NCBI GenBank assembly: GCA_963716255.1 | Contig: OY970303.1 | Location: forward strand, 6,464,001 to 6,528,000 | From: an uncultured Gemmatimonadales bacterium | GTDB taxonomy: Bacteria > Gemmatimonadota > Gemmatimonadetes > Longimicrobiales > Longimicrobiaceae | DNA: 64,000 bases | Reading direction: 5' to 3' | Notes under the pieces: generated by a model | Databases searched by the model: none | What the model saw: only the letters and a program-made list of their open reading frames with translations | What the model was told of the DNA's origin: nothing | Shown: positions 10,353 through 18,809 of the stretch, piece after piece | Layout: each line of letters starts with the position of its first letter | How positions within the stretch are numbered: the stretch's first letter is position 1 | Position numbers and translations under genes: made by a program

Positions 10353-10823
10353 ATGCCCCACGCCCGCGACGCCCGTGGCTACACCCTGCTGGAGCTGATC
10401 ACCGTGCTCGTCGTGCTCGCCGTCTGCGCGTCGCTGGCCGCGCCGCGGCTGCACGCCATGGCGTCGCGCATGCGCGCGCGGGCCGCGCTGGACCAGGTGG
10501 CGGCGGACCTGTACCAGGCCCGGGTGCTCGCCATCCGGGAGGGATCGCGCACCGTGATGCGCTTCCGGCGGCGCACCGACCGCGCCGAGTGCCACGCTCC
10601 CAGCTATACCCTCGTGGTCCGCGCCACCCCCGAGCGAATCGCCCGGACCACCACCCTGGACCTCCCCGCGTCCGCCTGCCTGCGGCTGGGGACCGTGGAT
10701 TCCATCACCTTCAACTCGCGGGGGCTGCCGGACGGCGTCGGGCGCAAGGTCGTCCTGCAGCAGGGCGGGGCGACGGACTCGCTCACCTTCTCCCTCCTGG
10801 GGCGAACCTTCCGCCATTACTGA
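10353..10823 (+). CDS. FimT/GspH-like minor pilin
   Basis: Class III signal RG|YTLLELITVLVVL; ITFNSRG motif. Confidence 0.88.
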   Translation: MPHARDARGYTLLELITVLVVLAVCASLAAPRLHAMASRMRARAALDQVAADLYQARVLAIREGSRTVMRFRRRTDRAECHAPSYTLVVRATPERIARTTTLDLPASACLRLGTVDSITFNSRGLPDGVGRKVVLQQGGATDSLTFSLLGRTFRHY

Positions 10824-10974
10824 GCGGGAAAATTCCCGTGGTTCCACCCGGGAAACCGCGGAAAACATTTCCGGGGCAGCAAACAGTAGCACCGGCCGGA
10901 GGGGGTGGCGCTGGCAAAAAGCGTTGCGGCGCAACGTTTTTTTGCAGGGCACGCAACTTCCTTAGGGAGGCGGC

Positions 10975-11445
10975 ATGCTTCCCACACGCCCCTCCCTCCG
11001 CGGCTCCCAGAGCGGCTTCACGCTGCTGGAGCTCCTGACCACCCTGGTCGTACTGGCGGTGATGGTGTCGCTGGCGGCGCCCTCCATGAAGGGCGTCACC
11101 ACGCGGGCCCGCACCCGGACCGCCATCGACCAGCTCACGGCCGACGTGTCGCTGGCCCGCATGTACGCCGTGCGGGACGGGCGCCGCACCGTCGTTTCCA
11201 TCGCTTCCGCCACCAAGTACGTCGTGGCGCGCTCCCCCGCCACCGGCTCCAACGACACCATCAAGGTCGTCAACCTGGCGCGGGACGCGGTGGGCGTGAA
11301 GCTCGTCCCTGCCACGGGGCAGCTGACCTTCGATTCCCGCGGTCTCCTGCAGACGGGCTCCCTGACCAAGGTCAAGGCGACCAAGGACTCCAGGAGCGAC
11401 TCCGTCACCATCTCCTCCGTCGGACGCACCTACCGTGACTACTGA
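10975..11445 (+). CDS. FimT/FimU-like minor pilin
   Basis: [31 protein letters not shown]. Confidence 0.88.
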   Translation: MLPTRPSLRGSQSGFTLLELLTTLVVLAVMVSLAAPSMKGVTTRARTRTAIDQLTADVSLARMYAVRDGRRTVVSIASATKYVVARSPATGSNDTIKVVNLARDAVGVKLVPATGQLTFDSRGLLQTGSLTKVKATKDSRSDSVTISSVGRTYRDY

Positions 11446-11836
11446 TCGTGCCCGGGCCGCGGGCGAGAGCGGGTTCACCCTCATCGAGGTGCTGATCGCC
11501 ATGGTGATCCTCGCGGTGGGGCTGATGGGGCTGGAGGCGCTCGGCGTGGGCGCGTCCCGCATGGTCAACCGCGCCGAGCGGCAGGGCGCCCTGGTCGCCG
11601 TCGCCAGCGACACCCTGGAGCGCACCCTCAGCCGCTTCCGGACCGCCGCGAGCCCCGCGGCCCTCCCGGACACCAGCCTCGCGTTCCTGACCACCCGCAA
11701 GGACACCATCCGCGTCCGCGTCACCGGCACCGGCACGCGTCTCCGCGCGGTGAGCGTCACCGCCATCCCCAGCCCGTCCTCCAGCGTGCTCAAGCGCGCC
11801 GACAGCCTCCGCATCACCGGCAATGTCTTCCAGTAA
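11435..11836 (+). CDS. PilV-like minor pilin
   Basis: SG|FTLIEVLIAMVILAVGLMGL. Confidence 0.85.
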   Translation: MTTDRARAAGESGFTLIEVLIAMVILAVGLMGLEALGVGASRMVNRAERQGALVAVASDTLERTLSRFRTAASPAALPDTSLAFLTTRKDTIRVRVTGTGTRLRAVSVTAIPSPSSSVLKRADSLRITGNVFQ

Positions 11837-12758
11837 CCGCTCCCCGGACCGGGGACAGGGCGGCTTCACCCTCGTCGAGCTGGTGGTGGCGCTGGTCATC
11901 GCCGGCTTCCTCGCCACGGTGATCTTCCAGCTGGTGCAGGGGCAGAGCCGCTTCAGCGCACTTCAGGGCGCCCGCGCCGAAGTGCAGCAGAACAGCCGCG
12001 GCGCGCTGGAGCTCATCACCAGCGAGATCCGCTCGCTCCCGGCCGGCAGCATCGAGTCCGCGTCCGCCAGCGGCATCCGCTTCCTGCTGCCGCGCGCCTG
12101 GGGGCTGGTGTGCACCACGGCGCCCGCCAGCAGCGGCACGGTGGGCGTGGTGTTCCCTCCGGGGACCTTTCCCTCGGAGTTCCCCACCGACCTGACGACG
12201 GACACCGGCTGGGGGCTCGCCATCCCGGGCTCCGCCGGCGGCTACGTCGCCGCGCGGGTGACGGCGAACACCCTTTCCAACGGCTCCTGCCCCGATTCGC
12301 TCGGGGTGCCGGCGGCGAGCGGCGCGGTGATGCGGCAGCTCACCTACTCCGCGCTCCCGGCAGGCATCAGCGCCGCGAGCGGCACCCCGGTCTTCATCTA
12401 CCAGCGGGTGGAGTACGACGTGGACCTCAGCTCCACCGGCGGCCCCAAGGGCTACTGGGTGCGCCGCAAGAGCGGGGCGGGGAACTCCGAGCCGCTGGCC
12501 GGGCCCCTCCTCACCACCGGTACGGGCGTGTCGAACGGGCTGCGGTTCACCTACCTGTGCCCTGGGCGGGCGCTCACCGCGGCCGAGCTCGCGACAAGCG
12601 CCAACCGCAACCGCATCGCCCGCGTCAAGATCGCGGTCGCCATGCAGAGCCGCAGCCTGACCCGCAACACGTTCAGCGCGAGCACCGGCCAGCAGCAGCA
12701 GACGGACTCGATGACGGTTTCCCTTCGGAACGGCACTGGAGGCCTGGCATGTCCATGA
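11823..12758 (+). CDS. PilW-like minor pilin
   Basis: GG|FTLVELVVAL; EVQQNSRGALELITSEIR; C-terminal LRN. Confidence 0.85.
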   Translation: MSSSNRSPDRGQGGFTLVELVVALVIAGFLATVIFQLVQGQSRFSALQGARAEVQQNSRGALELITSEIRSLPAGSIESASASGIRFLLPRAWGLVCTTAPASSGTVGVVFPPGTFPSEFPTDLTTDTGWGLAIPGSAGGYVAARVTANTLSNGSCPDSLGVPAASGAVMRQLTYSALPAGISAASGTPVFIYQRVEYDVDLSSTGGPKGYWVRRKSGAGNSEPLAGPLLTTGTGVSNGLRFTYLCPGRALTAAELATSANRNRIARVKIAVAMQSRSLTRNTFSASTGQQQQTDSMTVSLRNGTGGLACP

Positions 12759-13978
12759 TCTCTCGACGCGTGATGTCCCGCCGGCTGGACGAGCGCGGCG
12801 TCGCGCTCCCGCTGGCGCTCATGGGGCTGGTGGTGGTGTCTCTCCTGGTCACCGCCGCGCTGCTCTCGTCCTCCACCGAGATGGCCACCAGCCAGGCGCG
12901 CACCGACGGCGCCCAGGGGCTGTACCAGGCCGAGGCGGCGGTGGACCGCTACCTCTCGGCCGTGGCCGCGGGCAGCGCGCGGCTCCAGGACAGCAGCGGT
13001 GTACGCACGTACACGCTCGCCGACAACGACGCCAACACCACGGACCCGCGCGTGCAGCTCACCAACACCACGCTGTCGGCGGTGACGGCCGCCAACGGCA
13101 CGGTGACGCGGAGGTTCTCCATCCTTTCCGAGCCCATGCGCGGCAACACCGCGCGCGGCCGGGCCGTGGTGGCCATGGTCACGCAGGCCACGCCGCCGCC
13201 CATCCCGTTCAACACCAACATCAAGTCGGCAATCGCGCTGGGCGGCGACCTGGACGTGAACGGCAATGCCTTCACCATCAGCGGGCGGCGGACGGCGGCC
13301 GACACCTGCGCCACCCGCGGCGTGGACGCGGTGCAGCGCACCAGCGACTCGGACATCACGGCGAACAACGCCAACCACATGCGCAACTTCGTCGGGGAAA
13401 GCACGCTGGGGGTCCAGACCGAGTCGTGGGCGGCGATCACCACCGTCCTCAACAAGACCCGCCAGCAGCTCGCCTACGACGCGCTCGGCCTCGCGCCCGG
13501 GCAGACGCTGGACGACCTGATCGACGCGCTGCCGCCCAGCAAGAAGTTCGGGCCGCGCTTCGGAACCCCCGTCTCCGCCTTCGACGGCCGCGTGGACGCA
13601 TCGGACAAGGTGGCGGTGATCGACGGCAACGGCGGCGCGGTGTCGCTGCAGGGCGACTCCGGCGTGGTCATCGTCGTCAACGGCCACGTGCAGATGCGCG
13701 GCAACGCGTCGTTCAAGGGGATCATCATCGTGGAGGGCAACTTCGACCTGGCGGGGACCCCGCGGGTCAACGGCGCCATCATCAGCATGGGGATCCGCGA
13801 GACCGCCACGGGCAACATCATCAACCTGGACTCCAACGCGGTCGGCAGCGGTCACGTGACGGTGCAGTTCGACAAGTGCGCGATCAAGGCGGCCGAACGA
13901 GCGCTCAGAAACGCGGCGGGGGCTGGGGGGATACCCACGACACTTGCACCGTTCGCGTGGTTCGAAGTGGTACGCTGA
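12755..13978 (+). CDS. PilX-like minor pilin with extended C-terminal domain
   Basis: ERG|VALPLALMGLVVVSLL lacking Glu5; LYQAEAAV; ends AWFEVVR. Confidence 0.82.
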   Translation: MISRRVMSRRLDERGVALPLALMGLVVVSLLVTAALLSSSTEMATSQARTDGAQGLYQAEAAVDRYLSAVAAGSARLQDSSGVRTYTLADNDANTTDPRVQLTNTTLSAVTAANGTVTRRFSILSEPMRGNTARGRAVVAMVTQATPPPIPFNTNIKSAIALGGDLDVNGNAFTISGRRTAADTCATRGVDAVQRTSDSDITANNANHMRNFVGESTLGVQTESWAAITTVLNKTRQQLAYDALGLAPGQTLDDLIDALPPSKKFGPRFGTPVSAFDGRVDASDKVAVIDGNGGAVSLQGDSGVVIVVNGHVQMRGNASFKGIIIVEGNFDLAGTPRVNGAIISMGIRETATGNIINLDSNAVGSGHVTVQFDKCAIKAAERALRNAAGAGGIPTTLAPFAWFEVVR

Positions 13979-14003
13979 CCGGGGTTTGCCGCAGCAAAGC
14001 TCC

Positions 14004-14032
14004 TTGACGCCCGCAGTCACAGCCCATATCGT
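14004..14032 (+). promoter_or_regulatory. Sigma70-like promoter upstream of pilM
   Basis: TTGACG - 17 bp - TATCGT. Confidence 0.55.
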
Positions 14033-14135
14033 TTCCGGACACCATCCAAAACATGACGGCGGCCCCCCGGCCGCCGCGCAACTCTCCCGATCGCGGGCGA
14101 CCCTGCCCACGCTCCGTACACACATCGTTTTCCCC

Positions 14136-15185
14136 ATGGTTTCTCTTCTTCGCCGCGGCAAGACGACCGTCGGCCTGGACATCGGCAGCGGCTTCATCAA
14201 GGTGGCGGTCGTCGACCACTCGGGGAGCGTGCCGGAGCTGGTGCACGTTTCCCACACCCCGCTGATCACCGACGCGATCGTCGAGGGCGAGATCATGGAC
14301 CCGCAGCTGGTCGCGGAGACCGTGCGCTCCATCTTCGAGACCGCCGGGATCAAGAGCAAGAACGTGGTCGTGTCGGTGGGCGGGCGCGACGTGATGGTCA
14401 AGAAGATCCAGATGGACCGCATGAAGGAGACGGACGCCCGCGAGGTGATCCGCTGGGAGGCCGAGCAGTACGTCCCGTTCGACATGGAGAACGTGCAGCT
14501 CGACTTCCAGATCCTGGACCCGCTGGACGACGGCCTGCAGATGAGCGTGCTGCTGGTGGCCGCCAAGCGCGAGCTGGTGGACCAGAAGGTGGCGCTGCTG
14601 CGCGACGCGGGGATCGCCCCCACCGTGGTGGACGTGGACGCCTTCGCGCTCCACAACGCCTTCGAGTACAACTACCCGGAGTCGCGCGACGGCACGCTGG
14701 CCCTGGTCAACGTGGGCCACGAGATCTCCACCGTGAACGTGCTCCAGAACGGCACCCCGGTGCTCACCCGGGACATCCCCTTCGGCTCGCGGCGCCTGCG
14801 CGAGGACCTGCGCCGGCTGCACGGCCTGACCGCCGAGGACGCCGAGGCGGTGCTCCAGGGCCACTCCCCGCGCGCCGGCGAGTTCCGGCAGCTCCTCACC
14901 GAGGGGTGCGAGGAGCTGGCCACCGGGATCGAGCGCGCCGCCGCCTTCCTGTCCATCGGTGACTCGGGCGCCCAGGGGCTGGGCCGCATCTACCTGTGCG
15001 GCGGCGGCGCCCGCATCCCCGGCCTCGCCGACGTGATCGGCACGCAGCTCCGCGCCCGCACCGAGATCGCGAACCCGCTCCAGCGCCTCAAGGTGAAGCC
15101 GGGAGTCACCACGCTCTTCCCCGTCGACGAGCTCGCGCCCATGCTGATGCTCCCCGTCGGCCTGGCGCTCCGCACCGCCGCCTGA
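14136..15185 (+). CDS. pilM: Type IV pilus assembly protein PilM
   Basis: VGLDIGS, EAEQYVPF, LLVAAK, IYLCGGGA, GLALR. Confidence 0.94.
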   Translation: MVSLLRRGKTTVGLDIGSGFIKVAVVDHSGSVPELVHVSHTPLITDAIVEGEIMDPQLVAETVRSIFETAGIKSKNVVVSVGGRDVMVKKIQMDRMKETDAREVIRWEAEQYVPFDMENVQLDFQILDPLDDGLQMSVLLVAAKRELVDQKVALLRDAGIAPTVVDVDAFALHNAFEYNYPESRDGTLALVNVGHEISTVNVLQNGTPVLTRDIPFGSRRLREDLRRLHGLTAEDAEAVLQGHSPRAGEFRQLLTEGCEELATGIERAAAFLSIGDSGAQGLGRIYLCGGGARIPGLADVIGTQLRARTEIANPLQRLKVKPGVTTLFPVDELAPMLMLPVGLALRTAA

Positions 15186-15202
15186 TTCCAGCGAGCCATC
15201 CC

Positions 15203-15925
15203 TTGATCGAGATCAACCTCCTCCCCGCCGGGGAGAAGAAGCGGCGCCCCTCGGGGCGCCCGAGCGGAGCCCGCCGCGGCCCCGCGCTCCCCAAGTTCGC
15301 GGGCGACCCCTACATGCTGGGGCTCGGCACCCTCGCCGTCGTGGTGTTCCTGGGGCTGGGCTTCGCCTACTGGCGCGTGAACACCGCCCAGGCCGCGGTG
15401 GAGACGCGCATCGAGAGCGAGACGCGGGACTCCACGCGCTTCGCCTCCACCATCGAGCTGGTGGACGCGATGGAGTCGCGCCAGGACACCATCGAGAGCA
15501 AGATCGAGGTGATCCGCGGCGTGGACGAGCGGCGCTACGTGTGGCCGCACATCCTGGACGAGATCAGCCGCGCGACCCCGCCCTACACCTGGCTGACCAA
15601 GCTGGCCGCGGTGGAGGCCGAGGAGGCCCCCGCGCCGGCGGAGCCCAAGACCGCCGCCGACTCGGCGGCGGCGAAGGCCGCGGCGGCCCGGCCGAAGCCC
15701 TCGGGCCCGGCCTTCAACCTGGAGGGGAACACCGGCTCCACCCAGGCGCTGACCCGCTTCATGAAGAGCCTGGAGGCCTCGCCCTTCATCCGCGACGTCA
15801 CCCTGGTGACCAGCGAGCAGACCAGCACCAACGGCCGCACGTACCAGAAGTTCACCCTGGAGGCCCGGTACGAGACCCCGGACTCCTCGTTCGTCGAGAC
15901 CGTCCCCGTCATCTCCATCCGGTAG
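15203..15925 (+). CDS. pilN: Type IV pilus assembly protein PilN
   Basis: TTG start, IEINLLP PilM-binding motif, one TM, coiled coil. Confidence 0.9.
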   Translation: MIEINLLPAGEKKRRPSGRPSGARRGPALPKFAGDPYMLGLGTLAVVVFLGLGFAYWRVNTAQAAVETRIESETRDSTRFASTIELVDAMESRQDTIESKIEVIRGVDERRYVWPHILDEISRATPPYTWLTKLAAVEAEEAPAPAEPKTAADSAAAKAAAARPKPSGPAFNLEGNTGSTQALTRFMKSLEASPFIRDVTLVTSEQTSTNGRTYQKFTLEARYETPDSSFVETVPVISIR

Positions 15926-15929
15926 AGAC

Positions 15930-16532
15930 ATGGCGCTTCCCCCCATCGATCCGCAGCAGCGCCCCAAGCTGCTCCTCGGGACCGCGCTGGTCCTGGGTCT
16001 GGCCTACCTGTTCTACAACAGCCTCTACACGCCGCGGCAGGTGACGCTGGCGGAGATGGAGAGCCGCCTGGCCAACCTGGAGACGCAGAACCGCGCCGCC
16101 CGCGCAGTGGCCTCCACCGCCGGCACCGCCGAGGTGGAGCGCAGGCTGTCGCTGTACCGCGACCAGCTCCACTCCGTGGAGGCGCTGATCCCCTCCACGG
16201 AGGAGCTCCCCGACCTGCTGGACGCGATCTCCGCCGAGGCGCAGCGCACCGGCGTGGAGGTCACGCTGATCCAGCCCGTCGGCGCCACGGAGGAGCCCTT
16301 CTACACGCGGCGCGTCTACGACGTGGCCGTGCTGGGCTCGTACCACGCGGTCGGCGACTTCCTCACCCGGGTCGCCTCGCTGCCGCGCATCGTGACCCCG
16401 CTGGACCTGAACCTCGCCGCGAGGCAGGGCGAATCGCCCGACCAGGCGGGCCGCCTGGAAGCCCGCTTCTCCATCGAGACGTACGTCATCTCCCCCACCG
16501 AGAATGCAGCCGATGTGGAGCAATCCGAATAG
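15930..16532 (+). CDS. pilO: Type IV pilus assembly protein PilO
   Basis: LIPSTEELPDLLDAIS, GSYHAVGDFLTRVASLPRIV. Confidence 0.9.
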   Translation: MALPPIDPQQRPKLLLGTALVLGLAYLFYNSLYTPRQVTLAEMESRLANLETQNRAARAVASTAGTAEVERRLSLYRDQLHSVEALIPSTEELPDLLDAISAEAQRTGVEVTLIQPVGATEEPFYTRRVYDVAVLGSYHAVGDFLTRVASLPRIVTPLDLNLAARQGESPDQAGRLEARFSIETYVISPTENAADVEQSE

Positions 16533-17031
16533 GCTCCTGCGCCTCGCAGTGGCGGCCGCCGGGCTGGGCACGCTCGCCTGGTCGGCCTCCGCGCAGGCCA
16601 AGGACGACGACCCGCCGCTGGTGTACCGCCGCGAGGTCTTCCAGTACCCGCGGGGCGCCCGCCCCGACCCCTTCCGCTCGCTGCTCTCCTCCGAGGAGCT
16701 GGGCTACCGCTTCGAGGACATGCGTCTGACCGGGGTGATCTACAGCCCCAACTCGCGCGTCTCCGTGGCGGTGCTCACCGAGACCGTCAGCAAGAAGCGC
16801 TTCCGCCTCAAGGTGGGCGAGCGCGTGGGCGGGATCATGGTGGCGGCCATCTACCCCAAGCGGGTGGACGTGGTGGTGAACGAGTTCGGGGTCGTCCGGC
16901 GCGAGACCCTGGAGCTGCGGCGCCCGGACCCCGTCCAGGACGCCGGCCCGGGCCAGTTCGCCCCGCCGCCCCCCGCCGCTCCGCAGACGCAGGCTCCCCA
17001 GACCCCCGCCCAGAGAGGTACCGGACGATGA
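16513..17031 (+). CDS. PilP-like protein
   Basis: RPDPFRSL, MRLTGVIY, LKVGERVG; position between pilO and pilQ; no lipobox Cys visible; start uncertain (16504 or 16513). Confidence 0.7.
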   Translation: MWSNPNRLLRLAVAAAGLGTLAWSASAQAKDDDPPLVYRREVFQYPRGARPDPFRSLLSSEELGYRFEDMRLTGVIYSPNSRVSVAVLTETVSKKRFRLKVGERVGGIMVAAIYPKRVDVVVNEFGVVRRETLELRRPDPVQDAGPGQFAPPPPAAPQTQAPQTPAQRGTGR

Positions 17032-18809
17032 AGCGCTTGCTGGCACTCCTGGCCCTCTTCCCCCTGCTCGTCGCGGCCTCGCCGCCGGCGCGCCCGGGAT
17101 CGGGCGACGTGACGACGCTGCGCCTGGAGCCCGCCGAGGGCCGGGCGGAGCTGACCATCGAGGTGGCGGGCGGCGACGTCCGCTGGACCGACTTCCCGCT
17201 CTCCGGGCCGCCCCGCGTGGTCGTGGACATCTCCGGGGCCCGCAGCGCGCTCCCCACCGAGCGGTACCAGGGGATCGACCGCGGCGGTGTGACGGGGCTG
17301 CGCACCAGCCAGTACGAGGCCGACGTGGTCCGCGTGGTGGTGGACCTGGCGCGCGCCGCCGACTACACCATCTCGCGCGTCCCCGAGGGGCTGCGCATCT
17401 CCTTCGCTTCCGGCGCCGGGGGATTCGAGCCCTGGAGCAGCGGCGCGGGCTCGCCGGCCGCGCGCCGCGCGGAGCCCCGCCGCGAGCCGGCGCCGCGTCC
17501 CGCGCAGCAGCCGCAGCAGCGGCAGGCCCGCCGCATGACGGTGAGCTTCTACGAGGCCGACATCCGCGACGTGCTGGCGAGCATCGCCGAGTTCGCGGGC
17601 CGCTCCATCGTGGCGGGCACCGGGGTGGAGGGGATCCGCGTCACCGCGGAGATCAACAACCAGCCGTGGGACGTGGCGCTGGAAACGATCCTGCGCGCCA
17701 ACGGGCTCGCCTACGAGGAGCTTCCCAGCGGGATCATCCGCGTGGACAAGATCGAGGCGCTGGCGCAGCGCCGCGAGCAGGAGCCCATGGTCACCCGCAC
17801 CTTCCGGGTGAACTACGTGCCGGTGGCGGAGCTCGCGACCACCCTGGCCGGCCTCAAGACGACGCGCGGCTCCATCGCCGCCAACGCCAGCACCAACACC
17901 CTGATCGTCACCGACGTGGCGTCCGCGGTGAACAACGTGGAGGCGCTGATCCCGCAGCTGGACATCCGCACTCCGCAGGTGGCCATCCAGACCAAGATCA
18001 TCTTCGTCAACCGCTCCGACGTGGAGGAGCTGGGGGTCACCTACGACCTCAAGGACTCGCGCGGCAACTCGCTCAACCGGCTGGTGGGCGTGCCGGAGAC
18101 CGACATCAAGACCGGCGAGCTGACGGGCGAGCTGACCCGCGACAACCTGGTGCTCCTGGGCGGCAACTCCATCGCCGCGCTGGGCAACGCCACCACCCGC
18201 GTGGTGGGGCCGTCGCTGGAAACGGTGATGTCGCTGGTGCTGGGGCGCTACACGCTGATCTCCTTCCTGGACGCGCTGCAGACGGCGCAGCTCTCGGACG
18301 TGCAGGCCGCCCCGCTGATCACCACCCTGGACAACCAGGAGGCGGAGATCTGGGTGGGCGAGCGCACCCCCATCCGCGTGGTGGACGCGGGGAGCGGGGC
18401 CGGCGGGGCGGCGGGCGGGGCCGGCGGCGCCGCCGGCGCGGGGCTCCCACGCGCCACGGCGGAGCTGGTGGAGACGGGGATCCGCCTGCGGGTGACCCCC
18501 ACCATCACCGCGGACCGCCGCGTCCTGATGCAGCTGCACGCGGAGCGCTCCGCGGCCGTGGCCGCGGCGGGCGACATCGGCATCAGCTTCCAGACGCAGC
18601 AGGGCGACACCCGGCTGATGGTCCGCGACGGCGAGACCGCCGTCATCGGGGGGCTGACGGTGACCGAGGTCACCAACACCCGCTCCGGGATCCCCTTCCT
18701 GATGGACATTCCCTACGTGGGCGCCCTGTTCCGCACCTCGCGCAAGCAGGAGCAGAAGCGCGACCTGCTGATCATGGTCACCCCGCACATCGTGGAGGAG
18801 CCCGCGTGA
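17028..18809 (+). CDS. pilQ: Type IV pilus secretin PilQ (AMIN + secretin)
   Basis: PPRVVVDI AMIN, QPWDVALETIL, TNTLIVTD, DGETAVIGG, GIPFLMDIPYVGALF, LLIMVTPHI. Confidence 0.93.
   Translation: MKRLLALLALFPLLVAASPPARPGSGDVTTLRLEPAEGRAELTIEVAGGDVRWTDFPLSGPPRVVVDISGARSALPTERYQGIDRGGVTGLRTSQYEADVVRVVVDLARAADYTISRVPEGLRISFASGAGGFEPWSSGAGSPAARRAEPRREPAPRPAQQPQQRQARRMTVSFYEADIRDVLASIAEFAGRSIVAGTGVEGIRVTAEINNQPWDVALETILRANGLAYEELPSGIIRVDKIEALAQRREQEPMVTRTFRVNYVPVAELATTLAGLKTTRGSIAANASTNTLIVTDVASAVNNVEALIPQLDIRTPQVAIQTKIIFVNRSDVEELGVTYDLKDSRGNSLNRLVGVPETDIKTGELTGELTRDNLVLLGGNSIAALGNATTRVVGPSLETVMSLVLGRYTLISFLDALQTAQLSDVQAAPLITTLDNQEAEIWVGERTPIRVVDAGSGAGGAAGGAGGAAGAGLPRATAELVETGIRLRVTPTITADRRVLMQLHAERSAAVAAAGDIGISFQTQQGDTRLMVRDGETAVIGGLTVTEVTNTRSGIPFLMDIPYVGALFRTSRKQEQKRDLLIMVTPHIVEEPA

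Noticed and set aside
10912..10962. Sigma54 -24/-12 promoter before the second FimT gene
   Set aside because: TGGC...TTGC has 11 rather than 10 bp between GG and GC; the alternative GGCACG-N4-TTCC lacks the -12 GC and would start transcription past the RBS.
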